From: Candidatus Poribacteria bacterium
GTDB taxonomy: Bacteria > Poribacteria > WGA-4E > WGA-3G
Direction: 5' to 3'
DNA: 64,000 nt
Assembly: GCA_965261125.1 (NCBI GenBank)
Contig: CBDHCS010000001.1
Span: 85,405-149,404 of the forward strand
In this document: positions 1 to 8,705 of the stretch, piece after piece
How positions within the stretch are numbered: position 1 is the first letter of the stretch
Layout of the letters: every line of letters starts with the position of its first letter
Notes under the pieces: model-generated
Told to the model about the DNA's origin: nothing
What the model saw: the letters and a program-made list of their open reading frames with translations, nothing else
Database searches by the model: none
Made by a program: the position numbers and the translations under genes

Positions 1-1395
1 ATCACCAATATTTACCGGTTGACCCGCATCATATTTTCTATACTCACCTTCCATATAGCTCTTGAGTTCCGCTATGATTTCATCAAAACGGTCCGATTCA
101 TTTCGTCTGTTATACAGTAACAAACGATTTGTTTTGACAACTAACCAAAATCGAAAATAGTGTCTCCAATCCTGTTTAGTATTCGTTTTTTCCAACTTTT
201 CGAGTTCAATTAATGCCTCATCCGATTTTCCGTTCGCTCGAAGTACTTCTGCACCGACTTGTAGAAATTCGCAGCGGTCAAGATAACTTACATCAGGTTG
301 TTTTAGACGTTCCGATGCCTCATGATATAATTGAATCCATTCATCAATTCGACCTTCTGCAGACCAAGAACCAGGGTTCTCGAGATTGGAACAGAAAATA
401 TGTAATACATCCTTATCTGGAATGTCGTTTTTGCATGCCCATCGGTAAAGTTGTAATTGTTCCTCTACTGATTCTCGGTGTCTCCCAAGAAATGCAAGGC
501 TTGAAGCTAACTCTTGATGTGCCCAAAAACGTTCTTTATTATCTGGTGCGTCATCCAAGAACTTATGTAGAAGAGGGAGTCGTTTTTCTATTCCCTGCTT
601 ACCCATGTGTGGGTATATATCATCAACCACAAGATGCGCCAACTCAGGTGTGATTTTACCCTTAAGCGCATCTTCAATCTCGTTGAATGCGTCCTTAAGA
701 ATATCCTCTCTTGATGTAGGATCAGATTTTACCTGTTCCATGAATGAATTAAACTTGTTGCGAAGTTGCTCTAATTGACTCATCATATTCTCCTTCAGAT
801 TATCTGATAATTGTAAATGACCAAAGAATTCTTGATCTAAGAGTTCCTGATCAGTTTGTAGGCGCTTTCGCGCGCGTTGGAGTCGGCTCGTAATTGTATT
901 CACCGACACTCCCATGAATTCACCGATCTCTTTCGTTGACATTTCGTCAAAATAGTAGAGTGTTACGACCGTGCGTTCATTTTCTGGCAGTTTTTCCAAA
1001 AGCTTTTGTATAAGCTCCTGGCAATACTCGGTTTTCTCTGTCACCCGCTGTTCCAACAGGTGATGCGTATAAGAGGATTCCTCGATTTCTTCCTGACGTG
1101 TGCCCTCCAAGGATTGCATCGCAGGTTTCTGCTTTCGTACCCAATCGATGCAAAGGTGTTTTGCGATGACATGTAGCCACCCAGCAAATTGATTGGGATT
1201 CTTGAGTGTCGGGAGTTTGTTGTATGCCTTAAGGAAGGTGTCTTGCGTAATCTCTTCCGCATAGTGAAAATCGTGGATCTTCCGCCATGCAAGGGCATGA
1301 ATACTCTCTTGGTATTTTTCGACCAAGATACTAAATGCAGCATCGTCTCCCGATAAGATTCTGCGAATGAGTTCAACATCGCCTTCTCTTTTCAC
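1..1395 (-). CDS. ECF sigma-70 factor with long C-terminal extension (runs off the window edge)
   Basis: Not in the ORF track because it has no stop inside the window. Manual translation from GTG at 1395 (SD AGGAGG): VKREGDVELIRRILSGDDAAFSILVEKYQ...AEEITQDTFLKAY...FAGWLHVIA...LPENERTVVTLYYFDEMSTKEIGEFMGVSVNTITSRLQRARKRL, then a helical extension. Confidence 0.9.
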   Translation of the reverse strand, partial: MKREGDVELIRRILSGDDAAFSILVEKYQESIHALAWRKIHDFHYAEEITQDTFLKAYNKLPTLKNPNQFAGWLHVIAKHLCIDWVRKQKPAMQSLEGTRQEEIEESSYTHHLLEQRVTEKTEYCQELIQKLLEKLPENERTVVTLYYFDEMSTKEIGEFMGVSVNTITSRLQRARKRLQTDQELLDQEFFGHLQLSDNLKENMMSQLEQLRNKFNSFMEQVKSDPTSREDILKDAFNEIEDALKGKITPELAHLVVDDIYPHMGKQGIEKRLPLLHKFLDDAPDNKERFWAHQELASSLAFLGRHRESVEEQLQLYRWACKNDIPDKDVLHIFCSNLENPGSWSAEGRIDEWIQLYHEASERLKQPDVSYLDRCEFLQVGAEVLRANGKSDEALIELEKLEKTNTKQDWRHYFRFWLVVKTNRLLLYNRRNESDRFDEIIAELKSYMEGEYRKYDAGQPVNIGD

Positions 1396-1505
1396 GAAAC
1401 TTCCTCCTAATGAACAGATTGGGTTGCATTGCTAAAAGACTTAATCAGATGTTGAGGTTTGTAGAATGAAGTAACACAATAAGGTTTGCACCTTCTGTTA
1501 AGAAT

Positions 1506-1534
1506 GACGAAAGTTTGATTAGAAAACGTGCATC
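1506..1534 (-). promoter_or_regulatory. Putative ECF promoter GATGCAC-N18-CGTC upstream of the ECF gene
   Basis: Same motif and spacing also found at 4024-4052; resembles ECF -35/-10 elements. Confidence 0.6.
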
Positions 1535-1685
1535 ATGGGGAAAATCTGAATTTTTTAGTCGCTATTTTATGGGAATGGGGGTGCGGTATCTGACGCGCGA
1601 TAAACCGTCGACTGCGTTGCGTCTGGGGTGTTCTGGTATTTTAACATTCGTCTATTCTCACTTAACCCGATGAATGTTATACGCG

Positions 1686-4010
1686 TTATTTCAAGTATTC
1701 GTCAAACCAGTTTAACACACGTTCCCAATAATCAACAAGTTTTTCGTTTGACCAGAAGCCATGCCAATGGTCTGCCTCCTTGTATTTCAACAGCACAACC
1801 TCTTTCTCAAGATGTGCCAGTCCTATGAACATTTCTTGTGCCTGTTCAAAGGGTATGAAATCTTGATCTCCGTGAATCAGAAGTAAAGGCGTTTCAACCT
1901 TATCCAGATGGAAGATTGGTGAACCGTCAATATAACGTTGCGGGAATTCCCATAGGGTGCCGCCCATCCCACCGCCTCCAGTCTCATACCAACCGGTACT
2001 AAGCCCAGTATCAGGCTCCATGAGGTATCCGCTGATTAAGTTGCTTATAGATGCAATAGCGACTGCTGCTTTAAATCGTGTTGTTTGTGTGATAAGGACA
2101 TTCACGGTATATCCACCGTAACTATGACCGATGACTCCCAACCGTTCGGGATCCACCTTTTTCGTTGCAATTGCGGCGTCAATTCCTGGTAGAAGGACAT
2201 TAGAGAACTGCTTGGACGGCTCAATCTTCGGGACGGGGAAGTCGGGCAAGAAAAGTGCATAGCCTTGTGAGCCAAACATACCTGGATGGGCACCTCCTAC
2301 GTTCTCGCCGAAAGCAAAGATGTTGATCAGTCCTGAAGGTTCATCTCCTGCATAGACGCTTACAATCATCGGTGCAGGATTTTCCTCAGATGCCTCAGGC
2401 GGTAGCACGAGGATTCCTTTAACCGTTCGTCCATCTTCAAGTGTCCACTCAATAAGCTCGCTTCTGCCAAAGTCAATTGTCTTTAAGTGTGGATTAATAT
2501 CAGTAATTTGTCGTGGAGATTCAAAAGCAGGACCGCTCATCCAGATATTTTGCGGTTCTCGGTTGCTTTCAACAACATAAATAAATTCCCCTGTTTCCTC
2601 TGCCACATCTTGATGAAAGCGGTTTGCGTGAACAATCCGATTTTCATCTTTGTGCAGAAAGGTAATTGTCTCATCCGTGAGACTAAGGCGATAAAAACCT
2701 TGGTCAGAAGTATTTATTGTAATGGCGTTGTCTACCGTCCAAGGTGTATATCCTTCGCTTGGATAGAATACGTCGTGTACAGAAAACTCAAAGTTTTCTG
2801 ACAAGTTTCGTATTGTTCCCTCGTTCAGTGGTACTTTCCATATTTCCCCGTTTGCAATGCAGAGGAGTGCCTCGCTGCCTACTGTCCAGAGTGGGGGTTT
2901 ATGCTCTCGTCCAAGGTCAAGGTTTTCTGTGAGATTGCGGGTTATACCAGTTTCTATGTCAACGATGTATGCATCCCCAGATGCCAGATCACCTTCTGTC
3001 GTGTAAGCAATGTATTTTGAATTCGGTGACCAACTGATAGTAATTCCGGCGTATCCGAGTCTAATTTTTCGCGCAATCGGTTCAATTTCCGTGGTTAAAG
3101 CATCTGACAGTGGTAAGACGTAGAGATCATATACTGGTTGTTGAGATGTAGGTGCTTCATACCCCAGATTAACCGTGACAGCCACTTGCTCACCATTGGG
3201 GGCAATATCGAAACTCCTAATCTCATATCCCTTCATCAACGAGAATGTTTTGCCAGTCTTAGTATCGGCAATAACCAAGTCTACTATAAGTTCTGTCTTT
3301 TTTGTTTTGTGTCGATTTTCTTCAAGTTGCCCGTTTTTCGACTCATTATCTCGTTGTTTAAGTCGTCTTTTAGGTAAGTCCCGGACTTCAACAAAGGATG
3401 TTTCTTGTGAAGTTTTATCTGAAACTTGAGATTCGTCTTGTGCCGATTCATCAGAGATTAGGACATCTGCTGAAGAAGCGGATTTGAAAAGAACATAACG
3501 TCCGTCCGGTGTCCATTTAGGCACTTCAAAGCCAAAAAACGTCCGAACGGTTGTCGATGTGAACTCTTGCATGTCGTCAGTCTCTCGATCCCAGATGAAT
3601 AAGTGAGGTTTACCCATCCGATCCGAGAAAAAGGCAAGACGCGCTCCATCAGGAGACCATCTTGGTGCCCAACTTGATCCCCAATCTGGAGTGAGGTTGC
3701 GGTGTTCACCCGTACGCGTATTTGTCACCCAAACCGTAGCGTACGCCATTTCAATTATCACACCTGTTTTAGAATACAATGAGTCTCCGCCTCCACCTTC
3801 ATACTGTTCCCGGTTCTGCGTGTTATAAGTAATCCAGTTTCCATCGGAGGTAATATCAATAGGGACTCTCTCAACAAATGTGTTAAATTTGAGCAAATCT
3901 TCAAGTGTTAAAGGATTCATTTCTTCTCCCTCGCCCCAGGCTATTACTGTCCAAGCGATTAAACATAAGAGTAAGCCAAAGTAGATGTTAGCGATGTTTT
4001 TGTAATTCAT
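1686..4010 (-). CDS. Secreted S9 family (prolyl oligopeptidase/DPP-like) peptidase with PD40 beta-propeller
   Basis: Signal peptide, WSPDG repeats, GHSYGG nucleophile motif, LLIHGDQD Asp and C-terminal His. Confidence 0.9.
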   Translation of the reverse strand: MNYKNIANIYFGLLLCLIAWTVIAWGEGEEMNPLTLEDLLKFNTFVERVPIDITSDGNWITYNTQNREQYEGGGGDSLYSKTGVIIEMAYATVWVTNTRTGEHRNLTPDWGSSWAPRWSPDGARLAFFSDRMGKPHLFIWDRETDDMQEFTSTTVRTFFGFEVPKWTPDGRYVLFKSASSADVLISDESAQDESQVSDKTSQETSFVEVRDLPKRRLKQRDNESKNGQLEENRHKTKKTELIVDLVIADTKTGKTFSLMKGYEIRSFDIAPNGEQVAVTVNLGYEAPTSQQPVYDLYVLPLSDALTTEIEPIARKIRLGYAGITISWSPNSKYIAYTTEGDLASGDAYIVDIETGITRNLTENLDLGREHKPPLWTVGSEALLCIANGEIWKVPLNEGTIRNLSENFEFSVHDVFYPSEGYTPWTVDNAITINTSDQGFYRLSLTDETITFLHKDENRIVHANRFHQDVAEETGEFIYVVESNREPQNIWMSGPAFESPRQITDINPHLKTIDFGRSELIEWTLEDGRTVKGILVLPPEASEENPAPMIVSVYAGDEPSGLINIFAFGENVGGAHPGMFGSQGYALFLPDFPVPKIEPSKQFSNVLLPGIDAAIATKKVDPERLGVIGHSYGGYTVNVLITQTTRFKAAVAIASISNLISGYLMEPDTGLSTGWYETGGGGMGGTLWEFPQRYIDGSPIFHLDKVETPLLLIHGDQDFIPFEQAQEMFIGLAHLEKEVVLLKYKEADHWHGFWSNEKLVDYWERVLNWFDEYLK

Positions 4011-4023
4011 TCTATTAGTTAAA

Positions 4024-4052
4024 GACGAAAGATTGAGAAAAAAACGTGCATC
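4024..4052 (-). promoter_or_regulatory. Putative ECF promoter GATGCAC-N18-CGTC upstream of the S9 peptidase
   Basis: TGATGCACGTTTTTTTCTCAATCTTTCGTC on the minus strand; matches the copy at 1506-1534. Confidence 0.6.
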
Positions 4053-4095
4053 AGGTGAAAAAATGGAAAAATTTATAAGGGATTGAATAAATTAT

Positions 4096-4134
4096 AAGCG
4101 CGATCTATCTCAGAAATTGAGAACGATCGCGCTT
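4096..4134. terminator. Hairpin, possible terminator of the upstream operon
   Basis: AAGCGCGATC...GATCGCGCTT inverted repeat downstream of the 939-aa gene. Confidence 0.4.
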
Positions 4135-4195
4135 TACGGTAAGAAGCGTTTACAAACGCCCTTCTTGAAGAATGTGTGGTGAAATACTAAAGGGT

Positions 4196-7015
4196 TTAAA
4201 ATGCACGAACCACTTTTGCTACGAGACGTTGTTTGAATTCCAATGCATTTGGCTCACCGAGGATAATAAAAAAGTCCATGCCAGCATAGCCAGAGCGGCG
4301 CAAGGCGAAATAAACATTCACATGCTCTGATCGCCATATTAAACGGGTGCCAAGGCTTAAGGCGGGGGTAAAGTCATACGTCAACGTAAAGATGTGCTGG
4401 TAAAGTCTGCCGAGACGCCATTGGACCTGGGATATTAGTCCTGCAGTGAAACCGTAAGCACGAAGATTCAGATTACCACTAATGCGATGAATTGTCTCAC
4501 CTGCTTGTTTGCCCCAATTGTAGGTAATACCAACATTATTGAACCTGTCAGAAGCACGCGCACGTAATCCGATGCTGAAAACACTATCGTTGAATTCTTC
4601 AAATTGCCCTCCCCTCCATCCAGCGGCAAGTGCATAGTCACTATGTGTTAGGATAAGTGAAGATACGGACAAGTCACGCCTGAAGACCTTACCTTCATAA
4701 GTATTAGAGATCTGACTGTCAACAGAAACGGATGCACTGCGAATTAACCCTCCGCGCCATTCGTTTCTGATGAAACTACCTAACCCTATGCCGCGGTAGC
4801 CTGTGAACGGATGGTAACCAAGTCTATTGACAAAATCCGGATCAACAAAAAATGCGGATAGGTAGGGTTGGAAGAGTGAACTGTTGTAGCCTACACTGAC
4901 AAACCCATTTCTTCCATCCGATTGGCCTGCCCAAGTTTGGACGAGAGTAGAACCTACTGAAAGTTTACCGTGTCGCACATCACCTGACAAGTACCCGATG
5001 TTGTTTGATGAAGCATCTGGTTGGTGGTGCGACAGGAACGCCGCACTTAGATTGGATGTAGCGGTTAACGATTGTGAAGCTCGGAGGATAAGGTTCTGGT
5101 TGTTTCGGTGGTAAGTGCCTAAAGTGCCGACAGAGGTGTTTTTCCCAATTTTCCCAAAAAGTTTGAGTCCCCCATCCATATCCACTATCTGTCGCGAGTG
5201 GAAAAGTCGACCAACATTGTAGGCATTGCCACCTTCTAAAAAGAAAGGACGGCGATCCGGTACGTAGCGTTTACCGTAAGAGAAATCTATGCCCTCAACA
5301 GCTTGTTCAATGTTAGCGAAATCTGGATTAGCAGTGCCGATGAGGCGTATTTGAGGCGTGACCTCATAGCGAATGTCGCCGCCTGCACGTGCGGTATATT
5401 CCCATCGCGACTCGGAGGTCGCTCCTACAGAAGTTTCTGTTTCATTGATACCGCCGATTAGATATGGAAGCAACTTCAGTTCACGTTTTCGGCGTGGCGG
5501 TAACACATCGATCCAATGTCCATCGTTTTCTCGGAATTCGTTAACGCCAAGATTACACCACCATGAACGTTCTCCGGTCCGTTGTTGCTCTCTGTCAAGA
5601 TTGATACCCATCCGAATGGGTTTGGTTGTATCTGGATAATCTAACATCTGCCATGGAATTTCCATCTCTACAATCCAGCCATCTTCCACAATTTGCGCTG
5701 CAGTTTTCCATAACCCGATCCATTCGCTTTTTTCAGCGCGTCCTGTGGCGAGATGTGCGTATTTCGTGCCGAGTGGATTTACAATGAAGAAATTTCTGTC
5801 AGAAAACTGATGTGTATGAAACGGATCAAGACTGAAAGAGACCCAGTCTTCACCTGTGATTCGCGTCTGATCTTTGGTTTGGCGTGCCACAATTTTGTCG
5901 GGCATGTCATCGTAGAGGTGAAGTCCGACGTAGATGGCTTTTTCTGTATAGACAAGTCTGCCAACAGATTGATTTTTTGCGGGTTTTTCGGTGCGTTCAT
6001 CTGTAAATCCAGTAGCTTGAGGTGCGTCCTGCCAGCAAGCATCGTTGAGGATCCCATCAATGGTTGGTGGTTGTTCAGTTTTAATGGCGGGGAGTTCTTT
6101 TTTAACGGTTTTTATGTTTTCATCTGTCTTTAGATATTTGAGCGGACTTTCTACAATGTAATCCCCCGAATTCTCAAGAAACTGCTGCACCAGATAAACA
6201 TGTCCAGCACCGATAATCAACAGAATTCGGTCATCAGCAGATTCGGTGATACGCGTTAGATTCACAAAGATTTTGAGATTTCTTTCGTACCAATCCAACA
6301 ACCAGTCCAGTCCGACATATTGGTCCGCGACACCGATTTGGGCGAGTGTGAACTGCGGAAACATGTTAATCTCATGTAAAACACGAATGGTATCTTCCTG
6401 ATTGAGAAAGCGGAGCATGTCAATCACACTCCCAGTTTTTTGGATCTCCGTGAGGGTAGTAAGAGGTTCTTGTGCCATAACTTGAACCATCGCGTAGGTT
6501 CTTTCCAATAGTCCACTTTGATTATGAGCCTTTGCAAAAGCTTCAACATCTACTGTTTTTTCCTCGCCTCCCCTCTGAAACCAGTCAACGCAATAAATTT
6601 TCGAATGTTGCACCTTTTGTGCCAGCGGAAAACTGACTTGGTCGCCTTCACTTCGCCCCGGCTGATATACACCATTTAGGTAATCTTGGTACTCTGCGTT
6701 GACTTCAGCGTCAAGACTGGTATCTGCCTCAACGGCTATTTTGGTGGGATTAAATTGCGCGAGCTGTTCAATAAGTTGTTGAAGTTCGCGCTGCCTTTTA
6801 GGAGCTAACACGTCATCTGCTTCAAAGTTGGCAGCATCAGCTCCTGGGTTGTCCATGTGATAAGTGCCAAGAATCATGATTGTTGGTTTTATATTGGGGG
6901 GTTCTTTTTTAACGGTTTGTGTGTCTTGAGCTTGGACAGTCTGTCCGTTTATGGTTGATATAAGCAATAGTGTAATGAGTGAAACTATCCCATAAATTGT
7001 CTGTGATTTCATCAA
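4196..7015 (-). CDS. Secreted/outer-membrane chimera: DUF5694-like + CBM9/DOMON-like + DUF5916-like beta-barrel
   Basis: Signal peptide; PTIMILGTYHMDNPG...IIGAGHV domain; PPTIDGILNDACW...WIVEMEIPW CBM9-like domain; NPDFANIE...RRPFFLEG and terminal Phe. Confidence 0.75.
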   Translation of the reverse strand: MMKSQTIYGIVSLITLLLISTINGQTVQAQDTQTVKKEPPNIKPTIMILGTYHMDNPGADAANFEADDVLAPKRQRELQQLIEQLAQFNPTKIAVEADTSLDAEVNAEYQDYLNGVYQPGRSEGDQVSFPLAQKVQHSKIYCVDWFQRGGEEKTVDVEAFAKAHNQSGLLERTYAMVQVMAQEPLTTLTEIQKTGSVIDMLRFLNQEDTIRVLHEINMFPQFTLAQIGVADQYVGLDWLLDWYERNLKIFVNLTRITESADDRILLIIGAGHVYLVQQFLENSGDYIVESPLKYLKTDENIKTVKKELPAIKTEQPPTIDGILNDACWQDAPQATGFTDERTEKPAKNQSVGRLVYTEKAIYVGLHLYDDMPDKIVARQTKDQTRITGEDWVSFSLDPFHTHQFSDRNFFIVNPLGTKYAHLATGRAEKSEWIGLWKTAAQIVEDGWIVEMEIPWQMLDYPDTTKPIRMGINLDREQQRTGERSWWCNLGVNEFRENDGHWIDVLPPRRKRELKLLPYLIGGINETETSVGATSESRWEYTARAGGDIRYEVTPQIRLIGTANPDFANIEQAVEGIDFSYGKRYVPDRRPFFLEGGNAYNVGRLFHSRQIVDMDGGLKLFGKIGKNTSVGTLGTYHRNNQNLILRASQSLTATSNLSAAFLSHHQPDASSNNIGYLSGDVRHGKLSVGSTLVQTWAGQSDGRNGFVSVGYNSSLFQPYLSAFFVDPDFVNRLGYHPFTGYRGIGLGSFIRNEWRGGLIRSASVSVDSQISNTYEGKVFRRDLSVSSLILTHSDYALAAGWRGGQFEEFNDSVFSIGLRARASDRFNNVGITYNWGKQAGETIHRISGNLNLRAYGFTAGLISQVQWRLGRLYQHIFTLTYDFTPALSLGTRLIWRSEHVNVYFALRRSGYAGMDFFIILGEPNALEFKQRLVAKVVRAF
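5405..5432 (-). repeat. GTAG-type REP palindrome inside coding sequence
   Basis: TCGCGACTCGGAGGTCGCTCCTACAGAA matches the intergenic copy at 42991-43018 at 26 of 28 positions. Confidence 0.75.
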
Positions 7016-7821
7016 TTAGTTTTCTCCGATTTTAGGTATTTTAATGGGCTTTCGACGATGTAATCTCCTGAATCCTCAAGAAACTGCTGCACCAGAAAGA
7101 CATGTCCGCCACCGATAATCAACAGAATACGATCATCGGCAGATTCGGTGATACGCGTTAGATTTACAAAAATTTTGAGATTCCTATCGTACCAATAATG
7201 TGAAAGCCAATTGGCTCCTGGGTATTGGTCGTTTAATCCAATCCGTGCCCTCCGTAGGTATAACTGATGGTCGGCACGCCTACCTTCAGGTTCGTTACCG
7301 CGAATGTACATATCAATGAGAGATTCGTATTTTGTAGGTACAATCCAGACCCTGCCATCTTCCTCCTCGTGGAATTCCACGTCGGCATCAGGATAATAGT
7401 CCTCTACGCTTGACAACAAGTGTCCTTGATTGTGTTCCTTTGCAAATTTGTTGGCATCGGTCAAATCCGAGTCAAGATCTTCTGGGAAAAATGGGTTATG
7501 CTTTGGCCAATAATCAACACAGTATACCTTTGAATGTCCCATCTCTTTTGCTAACCTATAACCAATCTGATCACCCTCGTACCTTCTGAGTTCATAAGTG
7601 CCGTTCAGATAACCTTGATAGTCTTTGTTTTCAGCTTCACAACGACTTGGATCCAACTCAAGTGCTATCTTGGTCGGACGAAAAGGTTTGAGTAGTGTCA
7701 CGAGTTGTTCGATTTCGCGCTGGCGTTTGGGCGCAAGCACATCGTCCATTTTGAAATTGTATGCGTCCATGCCAGGATTCGCTAAGTGCCCACTGCCGAG
7801 AATCATGATTGTTGGTTTCAT
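7012..7821 (-). CDS. DUF5694-like protein
   Basis: MKPTIMILGSGHLANPG...RNLKIFVNL...IGGGHV; paralog of the N-terminal domain of the next gene; SD AAGGAG before ATG 7821. Confidence 0.75.
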   Translation of the reverse strand: MKPTIMILGSGHLANPGMDAYNFKMDDVLAPKRQREIEQLVTLLKPFRPTKIALELDPSRCEAENKDYQGYLNGTYELRRYEGDQIGYRLAKEMGHSKVYCVDYWPKHNPFFPEDLDSDLTDANKFAKEHNQGHLLSSVEDYYPDADVEFHEEEDGRVWIVPTKYESLIDMYIRGNEPEGRRADHQLYLRRARIGLNDQYPGANWLSHYWYDRNLKIFVNLTRITESADDRILLIIGGGHVFLVQQFLEDSGDYIVESPLKYLKSEKTN

Positions 7822-8041
7822 ACTTGCGTTTTCTCCTTTTGATATTTCAAACATTATAGCACGCTTGAAGAACTGGTTCTATTGTAAAACTAACAGTAAG
7901 AAAACCGTTCAGTTTGTGTTTCTTAATTTACAAGCTACTATGTGCTTGGTTTAGAAACAAAGATGCAGCAAATTGGCACCGAATGCACGGATGGTATTCG
8001 GTGCCAATTCATAAGGTTACCTGCATGGATAAGGCAGCGGC

Positions 8042-8587
8042 TTACTTTAAGGAGGGGGGTTCACTAAAATGTGTAAAACGACTGGCAGACCGTGATGTGC
8101 CTTCGTATCGGCTAAAAGTGCTTTGCGCGTTTATTGTTGTACCGACTTCAAACGGGTGAACTGCGTCGTGATTTCCGTTATCGAAATTTCCTTCTCCGTT
8201 AAATCGAACAATCAGACGAATTGAATTAGAACCGTTTTCTTTTATAGGACCAACGTGAGTACAAATTAGACCGAGAACGATGGTGCGTTCTTCGGTTTCT
8301 AACGGGAACGTTTCGTTGAAGTTCTGTGTAACAGTGTATTCCTCGTTGTAGTTATAGATGTAGACTGTATTGCCGAAATTGTTCTTATGTTCACTGTAGT
8401 CGGTGGAGATATTAAGGTCAAATGCTGCGCCTTCGGGGACATCTTTAACTATAACGGTTACGCTTTCAGGTAGATCGAGATCGGGAAACATTATTTTGCG
8501 ATCCCCTTCACCGCAACCGATAAGACAAGAAGACATAAGCAGAAAGGCAATAGCAATAAAACTAAAAAACTGATTTAATTTTTTCAT
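8042..8587 (-). CDS. Hypothetical lipoprotein
   Basis: Signal peptide with LIGC lipobox; SD GGAG. Confidence 0.65.
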   Translation of the reverse strand: MKKLNQFFSFIAIAFLLMSSCLIGCGEGDRKIMFPDLDLPESVTVIVKDVPEGAAFDLNISTDYSEHKNNFGNTVYIYNYNEEYTVTQNFNETFPLETEERTIVLGLICTHVGPIKENGSNSIRLIVRFNGEGNFDNGNHDAVHPFEVGTTINAQSTFSRYEGTSRSASRFTHFSEPPSLK

Positions 8588-8705
8588 TGGGTTCTCCTTT
8601 CAATTTCAAATTATGGTAGATTATAGAATTATTTGGGCATTTGGCACCAGCGAGGTTAGGAAGCCTCGCCAGCGAGTATAAGAGATTTGCGTCCGTTCTA
8701 TTAGA

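Noticed and set aside
977-1379. Short minus-strand ORFs suggesting a frameshifted sigma factor
   Set aside because: The true frame starts at GTG 1395 and I saw no stop in the parts I translated, including the last codons at the window edge. These ORFs are off-frame shadows.
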